Positions 9,797 through 19,535 of a stretch of DNA of 64,000 nt are shown here, piece by piece. The position numbers were made by a program, and so were the translations under genes. Below the pieces are notes generated by a model. It saw only the letters and a program-made list of their open reading frames with translations, did not search any database and was not told the origin of the DNA. Each line of letters starts with the position of its first letter. Position 1 is the stretch's first letter. The DNA is taken from NCBI GenBank assembly GCA_963667035.1, contig OY762964.1, positions 2,816,001-2,880,000 on the forward strand, read 5' to 3'. This DNA comes from Candidatus Cloacimonadales bacterium (GTDB lineage Bacteria; Cloacimonadota; Cloacimonadia; Cloacimonadales; JAFGVF01).

Positions 9797-11053
9797 ATGA
9801 ATAAGAAAATTATTGTTATCGGATTTCTTTTAATAAGTCTATTACTTTCAGCGGAAGTAGTAGACAGAATAGTTGCTAAAGTAGGTGATGAGATCATACT
9901 TTATAGTGAAATGATAATGCAACGAGACCAAATGAAAGAAGCAAACATTTTACCTGAGAATTATACTTTAAATGACGTGCTAAATGATATGGTAGAAGCT
10001 AAGTTAATAATACAAAAAGCCAAAATGTTAGACTATAGTATCGATGAAGAACGAGTAAACTCTATGGTAGAACAAAGAATGAAAGAAATACAACGTCAAT
10101 TCGAAGCAGAGAGTAAGTTTAATCAATGGTTGCGAGAGAATAATTGGACAAAATCTGACATGAAGAAGTATTTCTATGATATGTTTAATGAACAGTTTTT
10201 AAAAGAGCAAATTATTAATAGTGAAATTAAAAATAAAACTGAGATTTCTGAACCTGAACTTGAAGAATACTTCGACAATAATAAAGACCAACTTCCTGAA
10301 AGACCTGAAATGATTGAGTTGGGAATGATAATGAGAACTATTAAGCCTAGCGAGGATACAAAAAAGAAGAAACTTCAGGAAATTAATAGAGTTATGGATT
10401 TACTCAATAATGGAGCTGATTTTGCAAGTCTTGCTAAAATAGAGAGTGAAGGTCCCAGTGCTCCAAATGGGGGAGATTTAGGATTTTTCGGTAGAGGTAT
10501 GATGGTTAAGCCATTTGAAGATGCAGCATTTGATTTACAACCAGGTCAGATTAGTAATGTAGTTGAAACAAGATTTGGATATCATATCATAAAAATGGAA
10601 GAGAATAAAGAAGATGAGATTTCTTGTAGACACATATTAAAAATTGTTGAACCTTCGCATCTTGATTCGGTTGCTACTACTCAATTGATGTTTGAAATAG
10701 TCGATAAATTGGATTCGGGAGAGAGTTTTGCAGAAATGGCAAGAACATATAGTGAGGATGATTCTTCAGCAGTTAAAGGTGGGTCAATAGGCGAATATCC
10801 TCCCGATCAGTTTCCTGAATTGTTTAAGGATGAATTGAGTAAAATTAATATAGGTGATCATACAAATGTTGTTCAAAATGGAGATATTTTATATATATTT
10901 TCAAAATTAAAATCTGTTCCTCCTAGAAAGTATAACTACTCAGAGATAAAAGAAATTCTTAAAAAGCAAGCAATGAATGAAAAGATGCAAGATATGTTAA
11001 ATGATTTTATTAAGAAGCTGAAAGAAGAGATTTATGTGGAAACGAGTTTATGA
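9797..11053 (+). CDS. surA: SurA-like periplasmic chaperone with two parvulin domains
   Basis: VVDRIVAKVGDEII N-domain, GGDLGFFGRGMMVKPFEDAAF...FGYHII. Start moved to ATG 9797, which gives a signal peptide (MNKKIIV). Confidence 0.85.
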   Translation: MNKKIIVIGFLLISLLLSAEVVDRIVAKVGDEIILYSEMIMQRDQMKEANILPENYTLNDVLNDMVEAKLIIQKAKMLDYSIDEERVNSMVEQRMKEIQRQFEAESKFNQWLRENNWTKSDMKKYFYDMFNEQFLKEQIINSEIKNKTEISEPELEEYFDNNKDQLPERPEMIELGMIMRTIKPSEDTKKKKLQEINRVMDLLNNGADFASLAKIESEGPSAPNGGDLGFFGRGMMVKPFEDAAFDLQPGQISNVVETRFGYHIIKMEENKEDEISCRHILKIVEPSHLDSVATTQLMFEIVDKLDSGESFAEMARTYSEDDSSAVKGGSIGEYPPDQFPELFKDELSKINIGDHTNVVQNGDILYIFSKLKSVPPRKYNYSEIKEILKKQAMNEKMQDMLNDFIKKLKEEIYVETSL

Positions 11054-11559
11054 AGAGTAAAATAGCAATCCTTACTTCTACACTATTGGGATTAGGATTC
11101 ATTCCTTTTGCTCCGGGAACATTCGGAACACTTGCAACAGCTATTTGTTACTTCTTTGTAATGAAGAAGTACTCATATCAAATTCCAGATGTTTGGATTA
11201 ATTTATCCATTCTTTCTGTTGCAATTTTACTTTTCTTTTTAGGAGTTATTATTTCTTCAATAGCTGAAAAAAGATTAGGACACGATAGTGGAAAAATAGT
11301 TATTGATGAAGCTGTTGGATATTTAATTTCTATAGTTTTTTTACCTTCTGTTGTGGTAGGAAGATTATGGTTAGTTGTTATTTATACTTTTGTATTGTTC
11401 AGAGTTTTTGATATTGCAAAACCTTGGCCAATCAATAAATCACAGAACATTAAATCAGGATGGGGAATAATGATAGATGATGTTATTGCAGGTGTATATG
11501 CAAACATTTTAGCTCAAATCATTATCAGAATTTACCCGAATTTCTTTGGAATTTATTAA
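11050..11559 (+). CDS. pgpA: Phosphatidylglycerophosphatase A
   Basis: APGTFGTL, HDSGKIVIDE, FRVFDIAKPWPI, GIMIDD. Confidence 0.95.
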   Translation: MKSKIAILTSTLLGLGFIPFAPGTFGTLATAICYFFVMKKYSYQIPDVWINLSILSVAILLFFLGVIISSIAEKRLGHDSGKIVIDEAVGYLISIVFLPSVVVGRLWLVVIYTFVLFRVFDIAKPWPINKSQNIKSGWGIMIDDVIAGVYANILAQIIIRIYPNFFGIY

Positions 11560-11572
11560 TTAAGGAGATATA

Positions 11573-11893
11573 ATGGAATTTATATTATTACAAGCAGCAC
11601 CAGCTAATGGTCAGAATCCAATTTCTTTTCTATTGTTTATGGGAATGAGTATAGCTGTTTTTTATTTTTTATTGATTAGACCACAGCAGAAGAAGCAAAA
11701 AGAGCATCAAAAAATGATAGATGATGTTAAAGTACATGACAAGGTTGTAATATCAGGTGGAATCTATGGTAAAGTAATGACAATTAAAAACGATAAAGGA
11801 ACAATTGTTGTCGAAATAGATGAAACAAACAAAACTAAAATAGAAGTTCAGAAGACTTCAATAATAACAGTATTGTCTTCTAAAGAATCATAG
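11573..11893 (+). CDS. yajC: Preprotein translocase subunit YajC
   Basis: FYFLLIRPQQKKQKEH...GGIYGKV. Confidence 0.95.
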   Translation: MEFILLQAAPANGQNPISFLLFMGMSIAVFYFLLIRPQQKKQKEHQKMIDDVKVHDKVVISGGIYGKVMTIKNDKGTIVVEIDETNKTKIEVQKTSIITVLSSKES

Positions 11894-11900
11894 GTGAAAA

Positions 11901-12449
11901 ATGATTAAAGCTAATCTGCTACCAATAAGAATTGTTGGTGATAAAGTATTAAAGCAAATAGCTGAACCGGTTAAGATTTTCGATGATGAGTTAAAAGAAT
12001 TTATTAGAGATCTTGTTTATACTATGTATGAGAGAGATGGTGTGGGTTTAGCTGCTCCTCAAGTTGGAAAATCAATTAGAGTATTTGCAATTGATCCATA
12101 TTGGGGTGATGGTAAATCAAAAAAGAATCCTATAGTCTTGATTAATCCTGAGATAGTATCGAAGGAAGGTGAACAAGTTTGTGAAGAAGGTTGTATCAGT
12201 GTTCCAGATATATTTGATAAAATAAATAGATTCGATGAAGTTGTTGTTCATTATCAAAATGAAGATGGGGAACAAATGGTAATTGAAGCAGAAGGTTTTA
12301 TTGCTGATGTATTGCAACATGAGAATGATCATTTGGATGGTATCTTATTCATAGATAAACTCAGCAAAATAAAACTTTTACCACATGTACCAAAACTGAG
12401 AAAGCTAAAAGCTTCTGTGGATAAGAATGGAGAAAACATTAAATATTAA
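11901..12449 (+). CDS. def: Peptide deformylase
   Basis: GVGLAAPQVG, EGCIS, QHENDHLDG. Confidence 0.98.
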   Translation: MIKANLLPIRIVGDKVLKQIAEPVKIFDDELKEFIRDLVYTMYERDGVGLAAPQVGKSIRVFAIDPYWGDGKSKKNPIVLINPEIVSKEGEQVCEEGCISVPDIFDKINRFDEVVVHYQNEDGEQMVIEAEGFIADVLQHENDHLDGILFIDKLSKIKLLPHVPKLRKLKASVDKNGENIKY

Positions 12450-13392
12450 TCGAATAGAGAACATCATTTTTATGGGTACGTCTGACTTTGCCGTACCCGT
12501 TTTTTTAAAGCTTGTTAATTCAAAGAATAAGCCAAAACTTCTAATTACTCAACCAGATAGAAGAAGTGGAAGGAAAAAGAATAAAACTCCTGAATTGATT
12601 AAAATTGCTAATGAAAGAAATATTCCTGTTTATCAGCCTGAAGATGTAAATGTAAATGAATCAATAGATTATATTAGTTTATTTAAACCTGATTTAATTG
12701 TAACAGCTAGTTATGGGGCAATTCTTAAAAAGAGGGTCAGACACATAGCTAAGTTTGGATGTTACAACATACATCCCTCATTACTACCTAAATATAGAGG
12801 GGCTACTCCTGTAAATGCTCCATTACTTAATGGAGATACTAAAACAGGAGTTACCATTTTTTTAATGAAAGCAAAGATGGATACAGGACCAATTCTGATT
12901 CAGGAAGAGTTTGATATTGATGAAAATGATTGTTATACTATTCTTCAGTTAAAGCTGGCAGAGATTAGTGGAGATTTGTTACAAAGAGCAATTGATATGC
13001 TTAAAAAAGGGACTTTTCATTTAGTACAACAAAATCATTCAATAGCAACTTATACAAAAAAAATAACAAAAGAAGATGTAATCATTAACTGGGATAATAC
13101 TGCAGAAGAGTTAATTAGGAAGATTAGAGCTTATGCTGTAAATCCTGGTCTTAAAGCAAAAGTTAAGGATAAGGAAGTTAAAATATTATCGGCATACAAA
13201 GGTGATAAATTTTCTGATGCTAAATCAGGGACAATAGTAAATGTAGTTAAAAATATAGGATTTGAAGTTGTCTCCGGATTTAATGAAACTATCATCATTA
13301 CTGAAGTGCAACCTGCAGGTAAGAAAGTTATGAATTGCTACGAATTTAATCTTGGAGCACGGTTGAAGATAGGGGATAGGTTTGACAGTTAG
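12427..13392 (+). CDS. fmt: Methionyl-tRNA formyltransferase
   Basis: FMGTSDFA, NIHPSLLPKYRGATP, MDTGPI; follows def. Confidence 0.97.
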   Translation: MEKTLNINRIENIIFMGTSDFAVPVFLKLVNSKNKPKLLITQPDRRSGRKKNKTPELIKIANERNIPVYQPEDVNVNESIDYISLFKPDLIVTASYGAILKKRVRHIAKFGCYNIHPSLLPKYRGATPVNAPLLNGDTKTGVTIFLMKAKMDTGPILIQEEFDIDENDCYTILQLKLAEISGDLLQRAIDMLKKGTFHLVQQNHSIATYTKKITKEDVIINWDNTAEELIRKIRAYAVNPGLKAKVKDKEVKILSAYKGDKFSDAKSGTIVNVVKNIGFEVVSGFNETIIITEVQPAGKKVMNCYEFNLGARLKIGDRFDS

Positions 13393-14059
13393 TTTTATCT
13401 ACTATACTGTTATAGTGGATACGATAATTACTCTACTAATCTTTATTTTCTCAATGATAAATTCGAATTTCTACATTGCTTTAATTATATTTGTGGTTTT
13501 ACTAGTGCTTAAATATTTAATTTCATTTAATATAAAGAGATTTATAAACACTAATCGATTGATATTGATTCAATACTTAAATTTACTTTCAATACCTACT
13601 CAATTTGGGATTGTGAATAAAAGGAAATTAAGATTTGCTTTTATTAAAGCAAACAATGCTATCATTGAGAAAGTTGATGCAATTGATAGAAATGAGTTAG
13701 TAGTTTTATTACCTCATTGTCTGCAAAGGACGAGTTGTTCTATAAGAATAACCAATAGTATTGATAATTGCAAAGAATGTGGAAATTGTATAATCGGAGA
13801 TATTAAGAAAGTTGCGAGTAAATACAATGTAAAATCATTTGTAGTAACTGGTGGAACACTTGCAAGAAGTATAGTATCAGAATTAAAACCAAAATTGTTA
13901 ATTGCTGTTGCATGTGAGAAAGATTTGGTAGAAGGTATAAAAGAAGTGTATCCTTTTAGAGTTTATGGCATTATTAATTTGAGACCGGAAGGTCCATGTA
14001 GGAATACTTTAATAGATATTGATGAGTTTCAGAAATCATTGAATAGACTAATAAAATAG
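13382..14059 (+). CDS. DUF116 domain membrane protein
   Basis: Two N-terminal TM segments, LLPHCLQ...CKECGNC...GGTLAR...AVACEKDL...GPC. Confidence 0.85.
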   Translation: MTVSFIYYTVIVDTIITLLIFIFSMINSNFYIALIIFVVLLVLKYLISFNIKRFINTNRLILIQYLNLLSIPTQFGIVNKRKLRFAFIKANNAIIEKVDAIDRNELVVLLPHCLQRTSCSIRITNSIDNCKECGNCIIGDIKKVASKYNVKSFVVTGGTLARSIVSELKPKLLIAVACEKDLVEGIKEVYPFRVYGIINLRPEGPCRNTLIDIDEFQKSLNRLIK

Positions 14060-14150
14060 GGTTATTTTGCCTTATTAGCATGAACTGAGTATATTTCTTG
14101 GGTAATACTATTATAAGTAAAATATACACCTTTCTTGATTTGGAGGAAAA

Positions 14151-15260
14151 ATGAAGATTAGAATTATTGTACTAATAATTGTAACAGTATTTACAGTAAA
14201 CATATTTTCATCAGAAATGTTTCTTTATAGAGATAGTAATGCATCTGATAGCAATAATATAGATGTTCAAAGAAATAATGCTGTAACTCATGCGGTTCAG
14301 AAAATAGAACCAGCAGTTGTAAGTGTTAATGTTATTAAAACAGAAATAGTTAGGAAAAGAAATCCTTTTGCGAATCCTTTTTTTGATGCATATCCATTTA
14401 TAAAAACTGCTCGACAAGTTAAAAGCTTAGGTTCGGGAGTTATTATAAATCCTGATGGATACATAATTACTAATGCTCATGTAGTAGAGGGTGCAACCCA
14501 AATTAAAGTTACCACACAGAGTAATGATATTTATGAAAGTGAGATAATAGGAATTGATTCTGAACATGATATTGCTGTTTTGAAAATAGATGGAAAAGAT
14601 ATTAATTTTGCATATTGTGGAGATTCATCCGATTTAATCATTGGTGAGTGGGTAATAGCAGTAGGAAATCCATATGGATTTCTGATGCCTGATTCTAAGC
14701 CAAGTGTATCAGTAGGTGTTATTTCAGCTGCAAATCGAAATTTCGGAGGTAGGGATGATCAGAAAGTATATAAGGGAATGATTCAAACTGATGCAGCAAT
14801 TAATCCTGGAAATAGTGGAGGACCTCTTGTAAATGTATATGGAGAGATTATAGGAATTAATAGTTTTATTTTCTCTGAATCAGGTGGGAGTGTAGGAATT
14901 GGTTTTGCTATACCGATAAATCGTGTGAAAAAAATAGTTTCGGAGCTAGTTGAGCATGGTAGAATAAGACAAGTAGAATATGGTTTTAGAGTTCAAGACA
15001 TGAGTAAATCAATTGCACAGTATTTGAATATAGATGATATGCAAGGTGTACTTGTTTACGAGATAGATAAGACTGGACCTGCTGCGAAAATGGGATTACA
15101 ATTAAAAGATATAATCGTAAGAATTAATAATACTCCAATTTATAGTACAGACGACATAGATTTAGCTATAACAGATATCTTTGTGGACGATTTAGTGGAA
15201 TTTGAGATTGTTAGAAATGGGAAGAAGAAAACAATACTAATGAAAGCAAAAACTAAGTAA
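14151..15260 (+). CDS. HtrA/DegS-family serine protease with one PDZ domain
   Basis: TNAHVV, DIAVLK and QTDAAINPGNSGGPL catalytic triad; C-terminal PDZ. Confidence 0.95.
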   Translation: MKIRIIVLIIVTVFTVNIFSSEMFLYRDSNASDSNNIDVQRNNAVTHAVQKIEPAVVSVNVIKTEIVRKRNPFANPFFDAYPFIKTARQVKSLGSGVIINPDGYIITNAHVVEGATQIKVTTQSNDIYESEIIGIDSEHDIAVLKIDGKDINFAYCGDSSDLIIGEWVIAVGNPYGFLMPDSKPSVSVGVISAANRNFGGRDDQKVYKGMIQTDAAINPGNSGGPLVNVYGEIIGINSFIFSESGGSVGIGFAIPINRVKKIVSELVEHGRIRQVEYGFRVQDMSKSIAQYLNIDDMQGVLVYEIDKTGPAAKMGLQLKDIIVRINNTPIYSTDDIDLAITDIFVDDLVEFEIVRNGKKKTILMKAKTK

Positions 15261-15261
15261 T

Positions 15262-15939
15262 TTACAATAGATTTTCTCCTGCAAAACTAGTATAATTGTC
15301 GTTAGTAATAATGAAGTGATCCAACACTCTGATATTGAAATATGATGCAGCTTTCTTTATTTTGATAGTTATATCAATATCTGATTGAGAAGGTTTTGTA
15401 GAACCTCCAGGGTGATTGTGTACTAAAATTATCCCAGATGAACCGTAATCAAGACATTGCTTGATAATATTTCTAACGTATACTTTAGCTTCATTAACAG
15501 TACCTTTTGAAATAGAGTTTATTCTTTGTATAATATTAGAGTTGTTTAAGAATATTACTAAAAACTCTTCGTTACTTTTGCCTTTAAGATATGTGTTTAA
15601 ATAGTCAATAACTTGTTTAATTGATGTAAGACCATCTTGATTTAGAATAGTTTCTTTTTTAAGGTAAGTACTAACATCTTTGAATAGTTTAATTTGAATA
15701 GCACACTTTTCACCAATACCTTTGACTCTGCATAGATCTTCAACATTAGCATTCATTATAGCATTTAAGGAACTGTATTTGTCTAATAAATCTTTGGCAA
15801 TTGAGTAAGTGTTTGTTCTTTGAATTGATGTGTTTAAAATTAACTCTAATACTTCATAATCAAGGAATCCGCTAATCCCAGATAATAAATAGCGGTCACG
15901 TAACCTTTTACGATGACCGCTATAATCTTTTATATCCAT
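15262..15939 (-). CDS. radC: RadC family JAB-domain protein
   Basis: GHRKRLR N-terminus, GIG helix-hairpin-helix, HNHPGG...SQSD, VLDHFII. Confidence 0.95.
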   Translation of the reverse strand: MDIKDYSGHRKRLRDRYLLSGISGFLDYEVLELILNTSIQRTNTYSIAKDLLDKYSSLNAIMNANVEDLCRVKGIGEKCAIQIKLFKDVSTYLKKETILNQDGLTSIKQVIDYLNTYLKGKSNEEFLVIFLNNSNIIQRINSISKGTVNEAKVYVRNIIKQCLDYGSSGIILVHNHPGGSTKPSQSDIDITIKIKKAASYFNIRVLDHFIITNDNYTSFAGENLL

Positions 15940-15942
15940 AAT

Positions 15943-15958
15943 TGTTCCACGTGGAACT
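15943..15958. promoter_or_regulatory. parS site (ParB-binding centromere)
   Basis: TGTTCCACGTGGAACT: 15/16 match to consensus TGTTNCACGTGNAACA with a perfect 14-bp palindrome, in the purE-radC gap. Confidence 0.85.
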
Positions 15959-16407
15959 TAACTTGATTGTTGAATTCTGAATTCCAGCAATCGTTTTGCA
16001 ACTGATTCGTCAAACAGACCAATTATCTCTGCAGCTAAGATAACTGCATTTTTAGTCCCATTAATAGCAACTGTTGCAACTGGAATACCTGTTGGCATTT
16101 GAACTATACTGTATAAGGCATCTTCTCCGGATAAAGTTGCACCCATTAAAGGAACACCAATAACCGGAAGGTGAGTATAAGCAGCAATGACTCCTGGTAG
16201 ATGAGCAGCCATACCGGCTGCAGCGATGATTACTTTTATCCCTTCTGATAGTGCACTTTCTACTAACTGTTTAGTTTTAGCAGGATTACGATGAGCAGAT
16301 GAAATGTGAAAATCATGTTCAATACCAAATTTATCAAAGTATTCTACCATTGGTTCATAGTATTTCAAATCTGATTTGCTACCGAAGATTACTCTAACTT
16401 TATTCAT
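15958..16407 (-). CDS. purE: N5-CAIR mutase PurE
   Basis: GSKSD, SAHRNP, AGMAAHLPG, SIVQMPTGIPVATVAI. Confidence 0.97.
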   Translation of the reverse strand: MNKVRVIFGSKSDLKYYEPMVEYFDKFGIEHDFHISSAHRNPAKTKQLVESALSEGIKVIIAAAGMAAHLPGVIAAYTHLPVIGVPLMGATLSGEDALYSIVQMPTGIPVATVAINGTKNAVILAAEIIGLFDESVAKRLLEFRIQQSS

Positions 16408-16418
16408 AATGGTCCATC

Positions 16419-17084
16419 CTACTTATATTCTACACTTGTTAGTACATCATAAATTTCTTTAGGAGTTGATGCATTATTAATAGCTTCAAGATTACTATCA
16501 TTCATCATCATTTTCGAAAGGTATGAAAGAGAAAAAAGATGTTGCTTATCATTATGTAACAGTAACATGAAGAAAAGATTAACAGGTTTACCGTCCTGAG
16601 CATCAAACTCAACACCTTCTACTGATCTTCCAAGAAGAATTGAAGGTGCTTTAATTTTGCTTGGATGGAGGTGGCGAGGGTGTAGAAGAGCTACTCCATT
16701 TCCTACAGCAGTTGATACTAACTCTTCTCGTGCTACGACCACTTCATACAACCATCTGGCATCTTTTACAATTTTATTAGACTTAGCTTTTTCAGACATC
16801 ATTCTAATTGCTTCATATTTGTTATCAGGGTCTAAATCTAAGAAAATCAATTCTTCATTAAAGTATTCTTCAAATCGGCAAATAGTCTTCTTGAGAGCTA
16901 ACTGCTCCTCCTCTGATTCAGAAAGATTTGAAAGCCATTCTTCTATTGATGGTCTACTAATTCTAACATCCTTACCTTTATTCTCGACCTCAAAAAGATT
17001 GTCTTCAATCATTTCGTTAACGATTTTCTCACTTAACTTCAGATACTTAGCAGTTTCTTTAATCGTTAATAGTTTTTTTACCAT
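16419..17084 (-). CDS. Excisionase-type HTH fused to a PTS EIIA (PtsN/fructose-type) domain
   Basis: LLTIKETAKYLKLS HTH; ARE..STAVGNGVALLHPR and GVEFDAQDGKPVNLFF EIIA motifs. Confidence 0.85.
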   Translation of the reverse strand: MVKKLLTIKETAKYLKLSEKIVNEMIEDNLFEVENKGKDVRISRPSIEEWLSNLSESEEEQLALKKTICRFEEYFNEELIFLDLDPDNKYEAIRMMSEKAKSNKIVKDARWLYEVVVAREELVSTAVGNGVALLHPRHLHPSKIKAPSILLGRSVEGVEFDAQDGKPVNLFFMLLLHNDKQHLFSLSYLSKMMMNDSNLEAINNASTPKEIYDVLTSVEYK

Positions 17085-17196
17085 TTCTTCTCCATTTATG
17101 TAAATTTATTCAAAATCCATACTAATACAGAGTAGATTTTTAGTTATAACTAAATTCTTGACAAGAAAAATCGGCAAAAATATCTAATTTTATGTT

Positions 17197-17712
17197 ATGA
17201 AATATTCAAAATCTATCTTATTAATCCTGATTTCCTTTGTATTATTTGGTTGCACATATTCTGTGTTCTCTAACCAATTACCTCATTTAAAGAGTATTTA
17301 CGTGTCTCCAATATTGAATATGACAGAAGAATCTGAGTTAGAAACTGAGATGTTTAACTCAATTAGCAATCAATTTATTACAGATGGAAGATTGAGAATA
17401 GTATCTCAAAAACCCGATTGTTCTCTTGACATTGAAATTAAATCATATCAGGATAAAATTTATACCTATGATGAGTCTAATAATGTAAAAGAGTATCAAA
17501 TAAGTATGACATTTTCTGTTAAATTTGTTGATAATGTTAATGAAAAAGAGATTTATAGTCAAACAAGTTTACTAAAAACAGAAAGATATCCTGCAGATAT
17601 ATCTGATCCAGATTATTCGGAATCGACTATATTAACAAAAGAAGAGGCAAGAGAAGAAATCTATCTAGACCTATTCAAGACAATAATGTCTAACACACTT
17701 GAGGCATGGTAA
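17197..17712 (+). CDS. lptE: LPS-assembly lipoprotein LptE-like
   Basis: Lipobox LFG-C, LPHLKSIYV, and size and C-terminal W typical of FCB-type LptE. Confidence 0.7.
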   Translation: MKYSKSILLILISFVLFGCTYSVFSNQLPHLKSIYVSPILNMTEESELETEMFNSISNQFITDGRLRIVSQKPDCSLDIEIKSYQDKIYTYDESNNVKEYQISMTFSVKFVDNVNEKEIYSQTSLLKTERYPADISDPDYSESTILTKEEAREEIYLDLFKTIMSNTLEAW

Positions 17713-18462
17713 ATGAATGATGAATTGATTCGTATAAACAAATTTTTAGCAAAATGTGGGCTTGGATCAAGAAGAAAAGTAGAAGATTATATTCTTGAAG
17801 GTAAAGTCTCAGTTAATAGCATAGTAATAACTGATTTATCCTATAAAGTAAATCCAGAATCTGATCTAGTCAGGTATAATGGAAAACTAGTACGAATAAG
17901 CAAATCGACTATTTATATAATGCTAAATAAGCCAAGAGGGTATGTAGTTACTAAAAGTGATGAGTTTAATCGTAAAACTGTTTATGATTTAGTTCCGGAA
18001 GAATTAAAAGACTTAAATCCAATAGGAAGATTAGATAAGGAATCTGAAGGTTTATTGTTGCTAACTAATGATGGCGATTTTGCTAACAAGATTATTCATC
18101 CAAGGTATAAACTTCCTAAAACTTACTATGTGAAAGTTAAAGGAAAGATAAGTGATGATAAAATAGATAAGTTAAAAAATGGCGTAGAGATAGAAAAAAA
18201 GATGACAAAACCAGCATTAGTCTTTTTAATTGAGGCTAATGAAATAGAAGCTTATATGAAGATGATTATTTCCGAGGGAAGAAAGAGGCAGATTAGGCTC
18301 ATGTTAAAAGCTGTTAACTGCGAAGTTATTGAACTCAAACGAACTCAAATAGGAGATGTATCTTTAGGTAATTTACCACAAGGAATGTGGAGATATATGC
18401 TTCCAAAAGAAGTTTTAAGTTTATTAAACATGAGCAGAAGTAAGAGTAGGAGAGATAAATGA
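17713..18462 (+). CDS. rluB: RsuA/RluB-family rRNA pseudouridine synthase
   Basis: S4 domain RINKFLAKCGLGSRR, GRLD catalytic motif, EGRKRQIR. Confidence 0.88.
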   Translation: MNDELIRINKFLAKCGLGSRRKVEDYILEGKVSVNSIVITDLSYKVNPESDLVRYNGKLVRISKSTIYIMLNKPRGYVVTKSDEFNRKTVYDLVPEELKDLNPIGRLDKESEGLLLLTNDGDFANKIIHPRYKLPKTYYVKVKGKISDDKIDKLKNGVEIEKKMTKPALVFLIEANEIEAYMKMIISEGRKRQIRLMLKAVNCEVIELKRTQIGDVSLGNLPQGMWRYMLPKEVLSLLNMSRSKSRRDK

Positions 18463-19535
18463 AGATAGGGATTATTGGATTATCTAAATCAGGTAAATCT
18501 ACAATATTTAATTCTTTAACTGGTCAGTCGGTAGATACAAATAGCTTTACGGGTAGTTCTGATGTTAATCAAGGTGTTGTTGAGGTCTTTGATGAGAAAA
18601 TTAGGGAGTTTTCGGAAGAATACAAACCTAAAAAGACTATTTACGCAACAATAGAATTTGCTGATTATCCGGGTATGGAGCAAGGTAACGATGTATCTGA
18701 TTGGATTAAAGGAACAACGGGTAGCCTAATCAAGAGTTCAGACGCTTTTGCTGTTGTTTTACGTAATTTTGACGATGATATTGTTAATAGTATGCTTGGA
18801 GAGGTAAATCCAATTAGGGATCTTTATTCCATCGATTCTGAACTTGTATTAAACGATTTGATAATCATAGAAAAGAGATTAGAAAAAATATTATTGGGAT
18901 ATAAAAGAGGGATAAAAGACAATACTATACTTCTTGAGGAAAAAATACTTAACATGCTCTTGAATAAACTTAATGAAGAGATACCTTTAAGGGATGTTCG
19001 GTTGTCTGAGGAAGAAAAGAAGATAATTAGAGGTTTTCAATTTTTAAGTCTAAAACCATTGATGATAGTTATCAATTCAGATGAGAGAAGTTTTGGACAT
19101 AATGATACTTTGATTGAGAAACTTTCAGTTAAATATCAAACTATAGAGTTTGCCGGTAAATTTGAAAGTGAGCTAAATGGTTTAGATGATGAAGACAAAC
19201 TAGTATTTATGGAAGATATGGGTATAGAATCGTCAGCAAAAGATACATTGACTAAGTTATCATACGAATTATTAGGATACATTAGTTTTTTCACAGTTGG
19301 ATCTGATGAAGTCAGAGCCTGGACAATTGAGAATGGAACTATTGCTGTTGACGCTGCAGGTAAGATCCATAGTGATTTAGCAAGAGGATTTATTAGAGCC
19401 GAGTGCTTTAATTATAAAGATTGGAAAGAGTTAGGCTCAGAAAAAGCGATTAAGGAAAAGGGATTGTTTAGATTGGAAGGTAAAAACTATATAGTTAAAG
19501 ATGGAGATGTTTTAAACATAAGGTTTAATGTATAA
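18459..19535 (+). CDS. ychF: YchF/Obg-like ATPase
   Basis: GLSKSGKST P-loop, FFTVGSDEVRAW, AGKIHSD, RLEGKNYIVKDGD. Confidence 0.95.
   Translation: MKIGIIGLSKSGKSTIFNSLTGQSVDTNSFTGSSDVNQGVVEVFDEKIREFSEEYKPKKTIYATIEFADYPGMEQGNDVSDWIKGTTGSLIKSSDAFAVVLRNFDDDIVNSMLGEVNPIRDLYSIDSELVLNDLIIIEKRLEKILLGYKRGIKDNTILLEEKILNMLLNKLNEEIPLRDVRLSEEEKKIIRGFQFLSLKPLMIVINSDERSFGHNDTLIEKLSVKYQTIEFAGKFESELNGLDDEDKLVFMEDMGIESSAKDTLTKLSYELLGYISFFTVGSDEVRAWTIENGTIAVDAAGKIHSDLARGFIRAECFNYKDWKELGSEKAIKEKGLFRLEGKNYIVKDGDVLNIRFNV

Noticed and set aside
15262..17084. radC plus excisionase-like HTH as a prophage or ICE marker
   Set aside because: This is a full-length chromosomal-type RadC next to purE, the HTH is fused to EIIA, and there is no integrase or att site.
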